Shown: piece after piece, positions 10,932 through 20,189 of the stretch
Layout of the letters: every line of letters begins with the position of its first letter
Numbering within the stretch: the first letter of the stretch is position 1
Source: an uncultured Rhabdochlamydiaceae bacterium
GTDB lineage: Bacteria; Chlamydiota; Chlamydiia; Chlamydiales; Rhabdochlamydiaceae
Assembly (NCBI GenBank): GCA_963712275.1
Contig: CAVQHD010000001.1
Location: 1,600,001 to 1,664,000 of the forward strand
Length of the DNA: 64,000 nucleotides
Reading direction: 5' to 3'
Notes under the pieces: generated by a model
Databases searched by the model: none
Seen by the model: the letters and a program-made list of their open reading frames with translations, nothing else
What the model was told of the DNA's origin: nothing
Program-made: the position numbers and the translations under genes

Positions 10932-13877
10932 ATGTTAAGATCCTCTTCACTTATGGAATGGAAAAAAAACAAGCGGTATCAATCCTTTAAAGTTTTGCAA
11001 GCTACTTATTTAGAAGAACTTAAACTAACACTAATTGAGCTTGAACATGAAAAGTGTGGGGCGAGGGTTCTCCATCTGGCAAATGATGACCCTGAGAACC
11101 TGTTCTGCCTCTCCTTTCAAACCATTCCGTCAAGTTCGAATGGAGCTGCCCATATCCTTGAGCACACCGTCCTCTGCGGCTCGCTTAAATTCCCTGTTAA
11201 AGACCCTTTTTTTGCAATGACACGCAGGAGCCTCACAACCTACATGAATGCGCTGACGGGGGCTGATTTTACCTGTTATCCAGCCGCATCCCAGGTTGAA
11301 CAAGATTTTTACAATCTTCTGGAAGTTTATTTGGATGCGGTGTTCCATCCCCAGCTCAAACGGGAAAGCTTTTATCAAGAGGGGTGCCGCCTTGAACTGG
11401 CTGACAGAGCCAATTTAAAAGGCCCTCTTATTTGGAAAGGAGTTGTCTTCAATGAAATGAAAGGAGCGCTTGCCTCCCCTGATAGCCGCCTTTGGCATAC
11501 GCTGATGAAAGCGTTAGTTCCAGACCTGACTTATGCCCACATTGCAGGAGGAGACCCTGCAATTATTCCAACACTGACCTATGAAGAGCTCATCCATTTT
11601 TATGAAACTTATTACCACCCTTCACGCTGCCTCTTTTTTTTCTACGGCAGCTTTCCCCTGAAAAAACATCTCGATGTGCTCGAAGAAACGGTGCTAAAAA
11701 ATGCCCCTAAAGCGCCTCCCCTCCCTATTCTTCCCAAACAAAGTCGATTCTCATCTCCCAAATATATCGAAAGTTCTTACCCTAGCTCCTCTGAGACAGA
11801 GGAAGAAGCGATCATTGCTTGGAGCTGGCTTACAACCTCTGCAAATGATCAAGATACAGTGCTTGCACTGACGCTTCTCGATGCTATTCTCATGGAAACC
11901 GACGCCTCTATTCTTAAGCTGCCCTTATTGCAATCAGGGCTATGTTCAACAGCCGATGCATTTCTCGATCCTGAAATGTCTGAGATCCCTTATGTGATCG
12001 TTTGCAAAGGGTGCAATCCAGAAAAGAGCGACGCGCTTGAAGACCTTCTTCTGACCACCTTGCGCCATATTGTTCAAAACGGCATCCCCTCTCATTTGAT
12101 TGAGGCGGCGCTTCATCAACTTGAACTCTCCCGCCTTGAAATCGGAGGAGGGCATACCCCCTTTGGACTCACCCTCTTTTTGAGAGCAGCCCTCACCCAG
12201 CAGCATGGAGGGCATCCAGAAAAAGCGCTCAAGATCCACACTCTTTTTCAAGAACTCCGGCAAAAACTGGCAAATCCTGACTACCTTCCCCATCTTCTGA
12301 AAACCGTACTACTTGAAAATCGTCATCGAGTTCGTGTGATCATGAAACCCGAGTCTAAACTTCTTGAGCAAGAAAAAGCAGAAGAGGATGAAAAACTTAA
12401 AAATCTATCCAACGATCTTCCCGAGCAAGAAAAAAAACACATTGCCAAGCTTATGCAACATCTTGAACAATTTCAGAAAGAACAAGCCAATTTATCGCTT
12501 GACTCTCTTCCAAAAGTCTCATTAGGCAATGTTCCTGTCTTAGCCCGCCACTTTCCTCTCAAGGAGAAAGAGAGCGTCTTGACCCATGAGACATTTACCA
12601 ACGGATTTATCTATGCAGATCTTGTCATGGATCTCCCTTTCCTCTCGCTAGAAGAGCTCCCGCTTGCCCAACTCTTTGTCTCTCTTCTCCCGGAGGTTGG
12701 GGTTGCCTCCCGCTCCTACATTCAAAATTTAGAGCTCGTGCAGGCCCATGTGGGAGGGATGTCAGCCTCTTTGGCTCTCTTCCCACAAACCGATGACCCC
12801 TCTCAAATGAAACCAGCTCTCCTTCTTCGAAGTAAAGCGCTTGATCGCAACAGCGCAGCTCTTCTCCGTCTCATGAAAGAGTGGGCAACTGAAGTACGGT
12901 TTGACGAAACCAAACGGATCGGCGAGCTCATTCAGCAAATCGGGACATCTCTTCAACAAGGGCTAACGAAAAATGGGCTCCGATATGCCTCACAACAGGT
13001 TTTAAGTGGTCTTTCTCCTGCAGGTTATCTCTCTGAAAAAGGGCACGGCCTTTTCTTTTTTGAGTGGACTCAAAAACTGCTCCAGGACCTTCCCAAATCA
13101 CTCCCTAAACTCATGGATGAACTAAGTGGTCTTAAAAACCGCCTCCTTTCGTTCCATGCTCCTCAGCTTATTCTGACCTGCTCTGCCAAGATACATGACG
13201 AGCTCAGGCAAAGAAACTTTGATGACCTTCTGAGCCTTCCTAGCCACCCCTTTAAGCCATGGGAAACGCCTTCTCCAATCCCCCGCATTTCCTCCCAAAT
13301 GAGGCCGATTGCCTCGCCTGTAGCTTTTACCTGCCAAGGGTTTAAAGCCGCCTCTTACCTCAATCCTCATGCGCCAGCTCTTTGTGTTGCCTCTCAACTC
13401 ATGGATCACCTGATTCTCCACCCAAAGATTCGGGAGCAGGGCGGCGCTTATGGTGCAGGGACAACTTACGTCCCCTCCCTAGGACATTTTACCTTTCATG
13501 CCTTTCGAGATCCTCACCTAGAGTCCACCCTTGCAGCTTTTAAAGAAGCAATCTTGGCGATTGCAAAAGGAGAGTTTTCTGAGGAAGATCTAGAGGCGGC
13601 AAAACTCGAATCGATTCAAGCGCTCGACCGGCCGTCTCCCCCTGGAAATCGAGGGATTAATTCCTATTTTCTGAAGCGTGAAGGAAGATCTTTAGAACAA
13701 AGACAATCGTTTAGAGACCGTCTCCTAAATCTGACCTGCCAGGAAGCTGCCCTTGCTGTCGAAAAAGAGCTAAAACCCCGCCTTGAGCAAAGCCTGACTG
13801 TCACGCTTGCGGGGCAAGAATTCCTTGAAAAAGAGAATAAAAAGCTTCAAAAACCGTTGCCTATTATCCCTATTTGA
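10932..13877 (+). CDS. Insulinase-family (M16C, presequence protease-like) metallopeptidase
   Basis: HILEH inverted zinc motif, plus MNALT, VVFNEMKG and IREQGGAYG. Confidence 0.93.
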   Translation: MLRSSSLMEWKKNKRYQSFKVLQATYLEELKLTLIELEHEKCGARVLHLANDDPENLFCLSFQTIPSSSNGAAHILEHTVLCGSLKFPVKDPFFAMTRRSLTTYMNALTGADFTCYPAASQVEQDFYNLLEVYLDAVFHPQLKRESFYQEGCRLELADRANLKGPLIWKGVVFNEMKGALASPDSRLWHTLMKALVPDLTYAHIAGGDPAIIPTLTYEELIHFYETYYHPSRCLFFFYGSFPLKKHLDVLEETVLKNAPKAPPLPILPKQSRFSSPKYIESSYPSSSETEEEAIIAWSWLTTSANDQDTVLALTLLDAILMETDASILKLPLLQSGLCSTADAFLDPEMSEIPYVIVCKGCNPEKSDALEDLLLTTLRHIVQNGIPSHLIEAALHQLELSRLEIGGGHTPFGLTLFLRAALTQQHGGHPEKALKIHTLFQELRQKLANPDYLPHLLKTVLLENRHRVRVIMKPESKLLEQEKAEEDEKLKNLSNDLPEQEKKHIAKLMQHLEQFQKEQANLSLDSLPKVSLGNVPVLARHFPLKEKESVLTHETFTNGFIYADLVMDLPFLSLEELPLAQLFVSLLPEVGVASRSYIQNLELVQAHVGGMSASLALFPQTDDPSQMKPALLLRSKALDRNSAALLRLMKEWATEVRFDETKRIGELIQQIGTSLQQGLTKNGLRYASQQVLSGLSPAGYLSEKGHGLFFFEWTQKLLQDLPKSLPKLMDELSGLKNRLLSFHAPQLILTCSAKIHDELRQRNFDDLLSLPSHPFKPWETPSPIPRISSQMRPIASPVAFTCQGFKAASYLNPHAPALCVASQLMDHLILHPKIREQGGAYGAGTTYVPSLGHFTFHAFRDPHLESTLAAFKEAILAIAKGEFSEEDLEAAKLESIQALDRPSPPGNRGINSYFLKREGRSLEQRQSFRDRLLNLTCQEAALAVEKELKPRLEQSLTVTLAGQEFLEKENKKLQKPLPIIPI

Positions 13878-13900
13878 GGTAAATTCACTCGTTTTGATTG

Positions 13901-13973
13901 GGGCGTATAGCTCAGTTGGTAGAGCTCCTGTCTTACACACAGGTTGTCATAGGTTCGAGTCCTGTTGCGCCCA
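13901..13973 (+). tRNA. tRNA-Val(UAC)
   Basis: GGGCGTA/TGCGCCC acceptor stem, CCTGT-CT-TAC-AC-ACAGG anticodon arm, GGTTCGAGTCC T-arm. Confidence 0.97.
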
Positions 13974-13988
13974 TGTTGCATACTCTAT

Positions 13989-14062
13989 GCGGGAGTAGTT
14001 CAATTGGTTAGAGCACCGCCCTGTCACGGCGGAAGTTGCGGGTTCGAGCCCCGTCTCCCGCG
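13989..14062 (+). tRNA. tRNA-Asp(GUC)
   Basis: GCGGGAG/CTCCCGC acceptor stem, CCGCC-CT-GTC-AC-GGCGG anticodon arm, GGTTCGAGCCC T-arm. Confidence 0.97.
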
Positions 14063-14067
14063 AAGTT

Positions 14068-15132
14068 TTAGAGAAAGTTGCTGGCTCCGCCAATGTTCTC
14101 AAGATCCTCAAAATCGATGTTTCCTTGAGGAATGGAAACAGGTTTCTCAGCTTCATTTTTTGGCTTGAAGAGTTGATACGTTACATAGCCAAGTCCAAGA
14201 AGAGCAGCTCCCCCGAGAAAAACAGCGCCTGCCTCACCACCAGCAGACCCCTCTGGAAGGAACTCATTTTGCCAATCGGCGCCTGTAGCACCCCCTAGAA
14301 TTCCTGGGGCTCCAGGTCCCGCCTCTTGAAACTCCTTAAGCGCCTCTGCAACCCAACCTTTGTTATCTCCGGCAAACTGCTCGATCCAACCATTTCCTCC
14401 AGCCACATTAGGAATTGCTTGCTCACCTAGAGCTGCATTTTCTGTCTCATATTGCCCTATCAAACCTTCAACTCTTTGATTTACAGTAACTTCAGCAGCA
14501 GATTGCCGAGGCTGGAAAATCTCTTCATGGTTAGCTTCTTCAACTTCGGCAAACTCATCACTCCAATCTGTTGCAGCTCCTTCAGCAATAACTCTCACAT
14601 CTTGGTTCGCATTTCCTGCTTCATACTCCTCCAACCAACCTACTTCAGGTTGATCGATTGGTATTGCGGGTTGCTGGCTTCCCAATCCCGCATTTTGCAC
14701 AACTTGATAATCCTGGGCTGCTTCCTGCAAAGCTTGCACAGGGGATTCCCCCCCTTTGAAAGAACCAATCAAACTCGACACTATACTCGCTCCTAAACCC
14801 AGCCCCTTCCCAACAATCCCTAATCCGTTGGCCATAAGCATGACACCAACAGTGATCAGATTGAATAAAATCATTGAAAGTTGACTGGTGACATAAAGGC
14901 TTTGAAAAAGCATTGGATGGGTTGCCGGAAAAATGATGATTGCAGCAATAGCGGCAGTCCCAAAGAGCACAAGTCCCACGTTTCTAGGTGTTATAAGGCT
15001 TCTTAAACTCTCTGAGGAAATATTAAACTGGGACTGAATTATGCCTAGCGACGAGAAGTTAAAAATTCTTGTTGCAATTTGGACAGTTGTCACTAAGGGT
15101 GTCGTAGAATAGGAAACAATAGACCGTGCCAT
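14068..15132 (-). CDS. Membrane-anchored putative effector with repeated WxxxF/Y motifs
   Basis: Likely start is MARSIV at 15132. It has an N-terminal bilobed hydrophobic region, an acidic low-complexity middle with WLEEY, WSDEF, WIEQF and WQNEF, and a C-terminal TM segment followed by KPK. Confidence 0.7.
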   Translation of the reverse strand: MARSIVSYSTTPLVTTVQIATRIFNFSSLGIIQSQFNISSESLRSLITPRNVGLVLFGTAAIAAIIIFPATHPMLFQSLYVTSQLSMILFNLITVGVMLMANGLGIVGKGLGLGASIVSSLIGSFKGGESPVQALQEAAQDYQVVQNAGLGSQQPAIPIDQPEVGWLEEYEAGNANQDVRVIAEGAATDWSDEFAEVEEANHEEIFQPRQSAAEVTVNQRVEGLIGQYETENAALGEQAIPNVAGGNGWIEQFAGDNKGWVAEALKEFQEAGPGAPGILGGATGADWQNEFLPEGSAGGEAGAVFLGGAALLGLGYVTYQLFKPKNEAEKPVSIPQGNIDFEDLENIGGASNFL

Positions 15133-15369
15133 TGTGACAAATTCTTCTAAAACAATATCAGGAATAATTGAATTCAAAGTACACCTCATTAATCCATTAA
15201 TTGTAACAAAAAAATTAATTACAAACAATATATAAACAATATTTAATATATTAAATAATAATTATTTTAATTCTTCATGTTTTATATTAAGTTGCTGGTT
15301 TTGAATCATCTATGAAAAAGACAGAAATTACCCTTTGTTTTTTTTACCAAAGCCTTCAAGATAAGCCTT

Positions 15370-15921
15370 ATGATTCGATGGATAATATTACGATTTTTCC
15401 TTTGCATGATCCCTGTTGTTCCTCTGTTTTCAGACCCTGTTGAAAATAAAGGAAACTATCTTGAGGCGTTGGTTTATTTTCAACAAGCCGAGTTCTATGA
15501 AAAGAGCCCTCTAAAAGCGCTTGCTGGACAGCTGTATTGTCATGTCGCCTTAGGACAATGGGATGAGATCAAGCCTACGATTATTTTAATCCATCAAACA
15601 ATCGAAGAACTTACGAACTGTGAACCTTCCAAGGACCGCCCCCCTTTAAGCTCAGAAGAGCAGCATGCCGCTTATTTATGCCGCCGACGGACCCGTGAAA
15701 TAGCCAATGAAATGCGGCAAAGGGTTGAAGCGCTTGTCCGAGAAACGGTTCCTGGTATCTTTAAAAAAATTAAAACTCTCCGTGAACTCTACCCCTACAT
15801 CGATGCCTTAGAAAGAACAGCTATTGGCTGCTGTCAAAGCAACGTTCCCTGGAAATGTTGCCTTGATCCTTTACTAGAGCAGCTGGAGGTGTGGAATAAC
15901 TTAGGATTAGAGACGTTTTAA
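15370..15921 (+). CDS. Hypothetical exported Cys-containing helical protein
   Basis: Signal-peptide-like N-terminus, TPR-like helix pair and several cysteines. Confidence 0.6.
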   Translation: MIRWIILRFFLCMIPVVPLFSDPVENKGNYLEALVYFQQAEFYEKSPLKALAGQLYCHVALGQWDEIKPTIILIHQTIEELTNCEPSKDRPPLSSEEQHAAYLCRRRTREIANEMRQRVEALVRETVPGIFKKIKTLRELYPYIDALERTAIGCCQSNVPWKCCLDPLLEQLEVWNNLGLETF

Positions 15922-15976
15922 CTTCTGAGCCAGCAAGAAAACCATCGAATTTGCATCCCAAAGCGAGTTTTGCAAC

Positions 15977-16142
15977 TATACTGCGCCCACCCCAAAAGTG
16001 TGAATTTCGGCTAGCGCGAAAGCCCCTAGGATCGACGATCGCAAATTGGTTAGTATTAATCCAATACAAGCCAATTTGCGATCGTCGATCCTAGGGGCTT
16101 TGGCGCAGCCCAAATTCACACTTTTGGGGTGGGCGCAGTATA
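15977..16142. mobile_element. Palindromic MITE-like element family B, copy 1
   Basis: 166-bp near-perfect hairpin TATACTGCGCCCACCCC...GGGGTGGGCGCAGTATA. A near-identical inverted copy lies at 19110-19276. Confidence 0.9.
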
Positions 16143-16209
16143 ACTCTTCTTGCTTAACAATTGACAATGTGACATAGTCTGCTCATACGATTTCGACCCC
16201 AAAAAACAA

Positions 16210-17106
16210 ATGCCTACAGTTCGCAAAACAATTAGACAACACGTCTCCATTTACGCTTGGCTGACCATCGGCGCTTTTTTGGCGGCCTTTTCAATCCGAG
16301 TTTTCCTCCTTCCAAACTCTCTGATCGACGGTGGAACAGTTGGTATTGCATTGATTTTATCTAAGCTTTTTGGAGAGTCATACCTTTCACTCTTTTTAAT
16401 TCTTCTGAACCTCCCTTTCATCTACTTGGCCTATCGCCATATCCGTAAATCCTTCATTATTACGATGGGCGTTGCGGTCCTACTTTTTGCAGGGTTTTTA
16501 ATTGCGACATCTTACATTCCTCCATTTCTAGGAGATCCTATTGAGGTGATTGTGATTGGAGGCGCCATCCTGGGTGTTGGCGTTGGGCTCATCATTCGAC
16601 ATGGGGGCTGCCTTGATGGAACCGAAATTTTAGCCATCTTGATCAACCGCAAGCAAGGATTCACTGTTGGCCAAGTGGTTCTTTTCATTAACTTTTTTAT
16701 TTTTACCGCCTATGGATGGATCTTCTTAAATTGGCACTTTGCCCTGCAATCTCTCATTACCTACATCGTTGCCTTTAAAATGATTGACCTCGTGATTCAA
16801 GGCATTGAAGAGCTCAAGTCAGTTCTCATTATCTCATCAAAGCCCAAAGAAATTGCCCAAGTGATTACAGAAGAACTGGGGCTTGGACTCACCATTGTTC
16901 ATGGGAAGGGAGGGTTTTCAGGAGATACACGGGAAATTCTCTACATCATTATCGAACGCCTTGATCTTGCAGACCTCAAAGAGATCGTCCTTCGTGAAGA
17001 TCCCATGGCCTTTATGGCCATTGAGAATTTACATGAGGTGGTCTATGGCAAACAAGCCCACCTTCCCTACAAAAAAAAGTACCGCCCTCCTTTCCATTCA
17101 GCTTAG
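16210..17106 (+). CDS. YitT family membrane protein
   Basis: LIDGGTVGIAL and GGCLDGTEILA motifs, multiple TM helices, and a C-terminal DUF2179-like segment (GKGGFSG...EDPMAF). Confidence 0.9.
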   Translation: MPTVRKTIRQHVSIYAWLTIGAFLAAFSIRVFLLPNSLIDGGTVGIALILSKLFGESYLSLFLILLNLPFIYLAYRHIRKSFIITMGVAVLLFAGFLIATSYIPPFLGDPIEVIVIGGAILGVGVGLIIRHGGCLDGTEILAILINRKQGFTVGQVVLFINFFIFTAYGWIFLNWHFALQSLITYIVAFKMIDLVIQGIEELKSVLIISSKPKEIAQVITEELGLGLTIVHGKGGFSGDTREILYIIIERLDLADLKEIVLREDPMAFMAIENLHEVVYGKQAHLPYKKKYRPPFHSA

Positions 17107-17118
17107 AAGCTGTCTTAA
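17103..17118. repeat. Minimal remnant of family C terminus between convergent genes
   Basis: TTAGAAGCTGTCTTAA is identical to 19319-19334 and contains the stop codons of both flanking genes. Confidence 0.7.
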
Positions 17119-17582
17119 CCTTTAAACAGACTCTGTGCGATACGATTGGCCTGATGCAAGAAAGGACGACTTATCAAGATGCTCAAAAGAGCAAGCGGTT
17201 GTAAATAGAAACAATCTGTTGAAATGATTGCCTGCAAAGCCGCAGGAAGCGCAAAAACGACCCCCATCAGGCTCACAACGTGACGAGGATACCACGGGTT
17301 GACCTCAAACACAGCACTAGGACCAAACAGCTTCTCGAGCTGAAAGTCTGAAAAAAGCCAGTGTGTAACACTTGCAATCAACCAAACGCCCAAAGGCGTT
17401 GTCATACCAGTCATGACTAACGAAATCCGGGCACAAAGAGCTGAGAAGCCTCTGGAAAACCTCTTTTTAGAGCACAGCTCGTAAAGTCCGATACCACCCA
17501 TGCCCAAAGCAACAATCCCAATGGCATTCTTTGTGCCTTGTTTGACAGCGGGCGCATTCAGCAATGAAATCACAACGCTCAT
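17115..17582 (-). CDS. Hypothetical membrane protein
   Basis: Likely start is MSVVISLL at 17582 after a GGAGGAG RBS. Has 3-4 hydrophobic segments. Confidence 0.65.
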   Translation of the reverse strand: MSVVISLLNAPAVKQGTKNAIGIVALGMGGIGLYELCSKKRFSRGFSALCARISLVMTGMTTPLGVWLIASVTHWLFSDFQLEKLFGPSAVFEVNPWYPRHVVSLMGVVFALPAALQAIISTDCFYLQPLALLSILISRPFLHQANRIAQSLFKG

Positions 17583-17700
17583 TTTTTCTCCTCCGTGAGA
17601 TTCAGTAGACGCGATGATGCCGCAAAACATATTAAAAATGTGTGACAAATATTTGACACTTTCGTAAAATCGTTTTTTCAAAACCAAACCAAGGACTTTT

Positions 17701-19107
17701 ATGACAGCAGTCACTGAATCAAAGGAAGATCTTTACTTTGATAACCAAAAATACCGTCCAGAGATTACTCCCGTGGGAGGAAATATTGGATGGAATGTCT
17801 CAAAGCTGGCAACTGACCAAGATACGTTAGAAAAACGGGTCGTTCTTTTAACCTCTAATGATAAAAGTTCGACTTATCACATCGACGCATCCATTCAAGC
17901 AAAGGTTCCTTCCGATCTCTTCCGACAGCGAATGGCTGACTACTGGAAATCTCAAAAGAGCTCTTCCCTAACTGCGGCATGGATTTCAGCAATGGCGACG
18001 GGTGCAGGAATTGGCGCAACTTTTGTATTCTCCGCAAACCCCGCTGCTCCGACAGTCAGTGCTATTGCTTCCTTCATCCTTGGTGGTTTGGCAATTAGGC
18101 AATTGTATTTGACTAATCAGGCTTCCCGTCAATCCAATGGATGGAATATTTCTCCTACCGAAACCCTTGCAGCAAAAAGGAAGGAAGCCTATGAGAAAGG
18201 TTTTTTACATGTTTATCAGAATAATTTAAAACTCGTTGAAAAGTCCAACACAGCCATTCTCCTTCCTAGTGAAGTCGAGCACCTTTTTGAGGAATATTTT
18301 ACTCAATTCTCAGATAGACTTTTAGGAGAAACTTGCACAACAGAACAACAAAAAAAACGATGGCTTGACAGTTTTACATCCTACAACCCTATTTCCACAA
18401 ACCTTCTCATGTATGGATATGGTCGTATTCCCGAAAGCCTCCAATTCATAACGAAAGATTACGAGGCTCTTGCTAAAATCTTAAAAGACCTTCGAAAAGA
18501 GTTTGCTGAATTAAAAAGTGCAAGACGCGCTGAAACAGACAAAATCATCGTTGATCTTAATCAGCAAAGAAATACTGCCCTTCTTCCCTTCAAGCTGATG
18601 CTTGCACACTGGGAAAGTGAGGCCTTAAAAGATCGTGATGCCAAGCTCGATAAACTTCCCGCGTCTAAGGCTAAAGAGCGAGAAAAAGTGGAACAAGAAT
18701 ATCGCGACAAACTCTCTAGTTATAAGACGTACTATATTGCTGCTGCTACCCCCGTTGATATGTATTACGACGGATATGTTAAAAATGCGAAAGAAAAATT
18801 AACAGAGATTATCGACACTATTAGCAAAAACGAAACTTCTGCTTTAGCGACTTATTTTAAGCGTGCTCGGGAAATTTTACAAAACGGTGTAGACATTAAA
18901 AATAATAGATATAGCTACCAGCCTCAACCGGTTGATCTAGCTGGAGTCTTTCATATTCCTCCTGTTCCTTCAGTGCTTCCGCAAAAAGTACCAGATTTCA
19001 GAGATCAAGCTCTTCATATCAATATCAGTGTCTCTCCTCAGCAATATCCAGCAGGATTTAATCCGCAGGATCCCGCATACCAGCAATTCGTCAACTGGAG
19101 GCCTTAA
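17701..19107 (+). CDS. Hypothetical protein with bilobed hydrophobic domain and coiled coil (Inc-like)
   Basis: Hairpin hydrophobic pair (AAWISAMATGAGIGATFVF / TVSAIASFILGGLAI), long K/E coiled coil and Pro/Gln-rich tail. Confidence 0.6.
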   Translation: MTAVTESKEDLYFDNQKYRPEITPVGGNIGWNVSKLATDQDTLEKRVVLLTSNDKSSTYHIDASIQAKVPSDLFRQRMADYWKSQKSSSLTAAWISAMATGAGIGATFVFSANPAAPTVSAIASFILGGLAIRQLYLTNQASRQSNGWNISPTETLAAKRKEAYEKGFLHVYQNNLKLVEKSNTAILLPSEVEHLFEEYFTQFSDRLLGETCTTEQQKKRWLDSFTSYNPISTNLLMYGYGRIPESLQFITKDYEALAKILKDLRKEFAELKSARRAETDKIIVDLNQQRNTALLPFKLMLAHWESEALKDRDAKLDKLPASKAKEREKVEQEYRDKLSSYKTYYIAAATPVDMYYDGYVKNAKEKLTEIIDTISKNETSALATYFKRAREILQNGVDIKNNRYSYQPQPVDLAGVFHIPPVPSVLPQKVPDFRDQALHINISVSPQQYPAGFNPQDPAYQQFVNWRP

Positions 19108-19109
19108 CC

Positions 19110-19276
19110 TATACTGCGCCCACCCCAAAAGTGTGAATTTGGGCTGCGCCAAAGCCCCTAGGATCGACGATCGCAAATTGGCTTGTATTTGGATTAATAC
19201 TAACCAATTTGCGATCGTCGATCCTAGGGGCTTTCGCGCTAGCCGAAATTCACACTTTTGGGGTGGGCGCAGTATA
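19110..19276. mobile_element. Palindromic MITE-like element family B, copy 2 (inverted relative to copy 1)
   Basis: Reverse complement of 15977-16142 with one extra T near the loop. It begins 3 nt after the upstream stop codon. Confidence 0.9.
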
Positions 19277-19318
19277 AAGCCTCTATTGCATTAAAAAGCT
19301 GTTTCTTTTACTCATCAG

Positions 19319-19493
19319 TTAGAAGCTGTCTTAAAACTCAGTTTCTGTCGATTTTTGGGGCTTTTTGAGCCAATTTTCGCTTCATTTGGTGGGGGTTATA
19401 TCAACTTCGTATATTACCCCCACCAAATGAAGCGAAAATTGGCCAAAAATCCTCCAAAAAGCGACGAAACCTGAGTTTTAAGACAGCTTCTTA
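19319..19493. mobile_element. Palindromic MITE-like element family C, full copy, flanked by a TTA direct repeat
   Basis: TTA-GAAGCTGTCTTAAAACTCAG...CTGAGTTTTAAGACAGCTTC-TTA, with an internal stem CCAATTTTCGCTTCATTTGGTGGGGG / CCCCCACCAAATGAAGCGAAAATTGG. Confidence 0.88.
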
Positions 19494-19517
19494 GGGGTCC
19501 CTAACTGATGAGGTCTC

Positions 19518-20189
19518 ATGGGTCGTCAAACAAAGAAGCGGATGGATTGGGATGCGTGGCGTATTTTCCGCATTCTATCGGAGTTTGTCGATGGTTTTGA
19601 GGCCATGACAAAGTTAGGGCCTTCGGTGGCGATCTTTGGAGCGTCTCAAACAAACATCAAAGATGAGTACTATGAGCAGGCTGCTGTTTTAGCCTCCAAG
19701 ATTGCGCAAAAGGGGTTTGGGGTGATTACAGGAGGCGGTCCTGGAATTATGGAAGCCTCTAATCAAGGCGCCCAAGCTGCAGGGGGCAAATCATGCGGCT
19801 TATGTATTGACCTTCCAACGGAAGAGCAGCCTAATCCATTTATTGACGCAAAGTTCCTTCTTAAATTCCGTTATTTTTTTGTCCGAAAAGTAATGTTTGT
19901 GAGGTATGCACAAGCCTTTGTGGTTTTCCCAGGAGGGTTTGGGACTTTAGATGAGCTCTTCGAAGCGTTAACATTGATTAAAACGAAGAAAATTGCTTTG
20001 TTCCCTGTCTTTTTAGTAGGGGTCTCTTATTGGGAAGGACTTTTCCGATGGCTAACAGATATAACTCTTGGACACCACTACATTGAGCCTGAAGACTTAA
20101 AACTGGTCAAAATCACCGACAATCTTGATGAAGTTGTCGATGGGATTGTGCTTCATTGCAACCGCGTGCACTGTCTGGAAAACTTTTAA
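19518..20189 (+). CDS. LOG family (TIGR00730) nucleotide phosphoribohydrolase-like protein
   Basis: TGGGPGIMEA, YFFVRK and PGGFGTLDELFE motifs. Confidence 0.93.
   Translation: MGRQTKKRMDWDAWRIFRILSEFVDGFEAMTKLGPSVAIFGASQTNIKDEYYEQAAVLASKIAQKGFGVITGGGPGIMEASNQGAQAAGGKSCGLCIDLPTEEQPNPFIDAKFLLKFRYFFVRKVMFVRYAQAFVVFPGGFGTLDELFEALTLIKTKKIALFPVFLVGVSYWEGLFRWLTDITLGHHYIEPEDLKLVKITDNLDEVVDGIVLHCNRVHCLENF

Noticed and set aside
13807..14168. Small ORFs overlapping the tRNA-Val/Asp genes
   Set aside because: They are spurious translations of tRNA sequence.
15821..16167. Short ORFs (15821..16069, 15976..16167; also 18970..19176, 19028..19294) with matching peptides
   Set aside because: These are read-through of palindromic element B and have no RBS or independent coding evidence.
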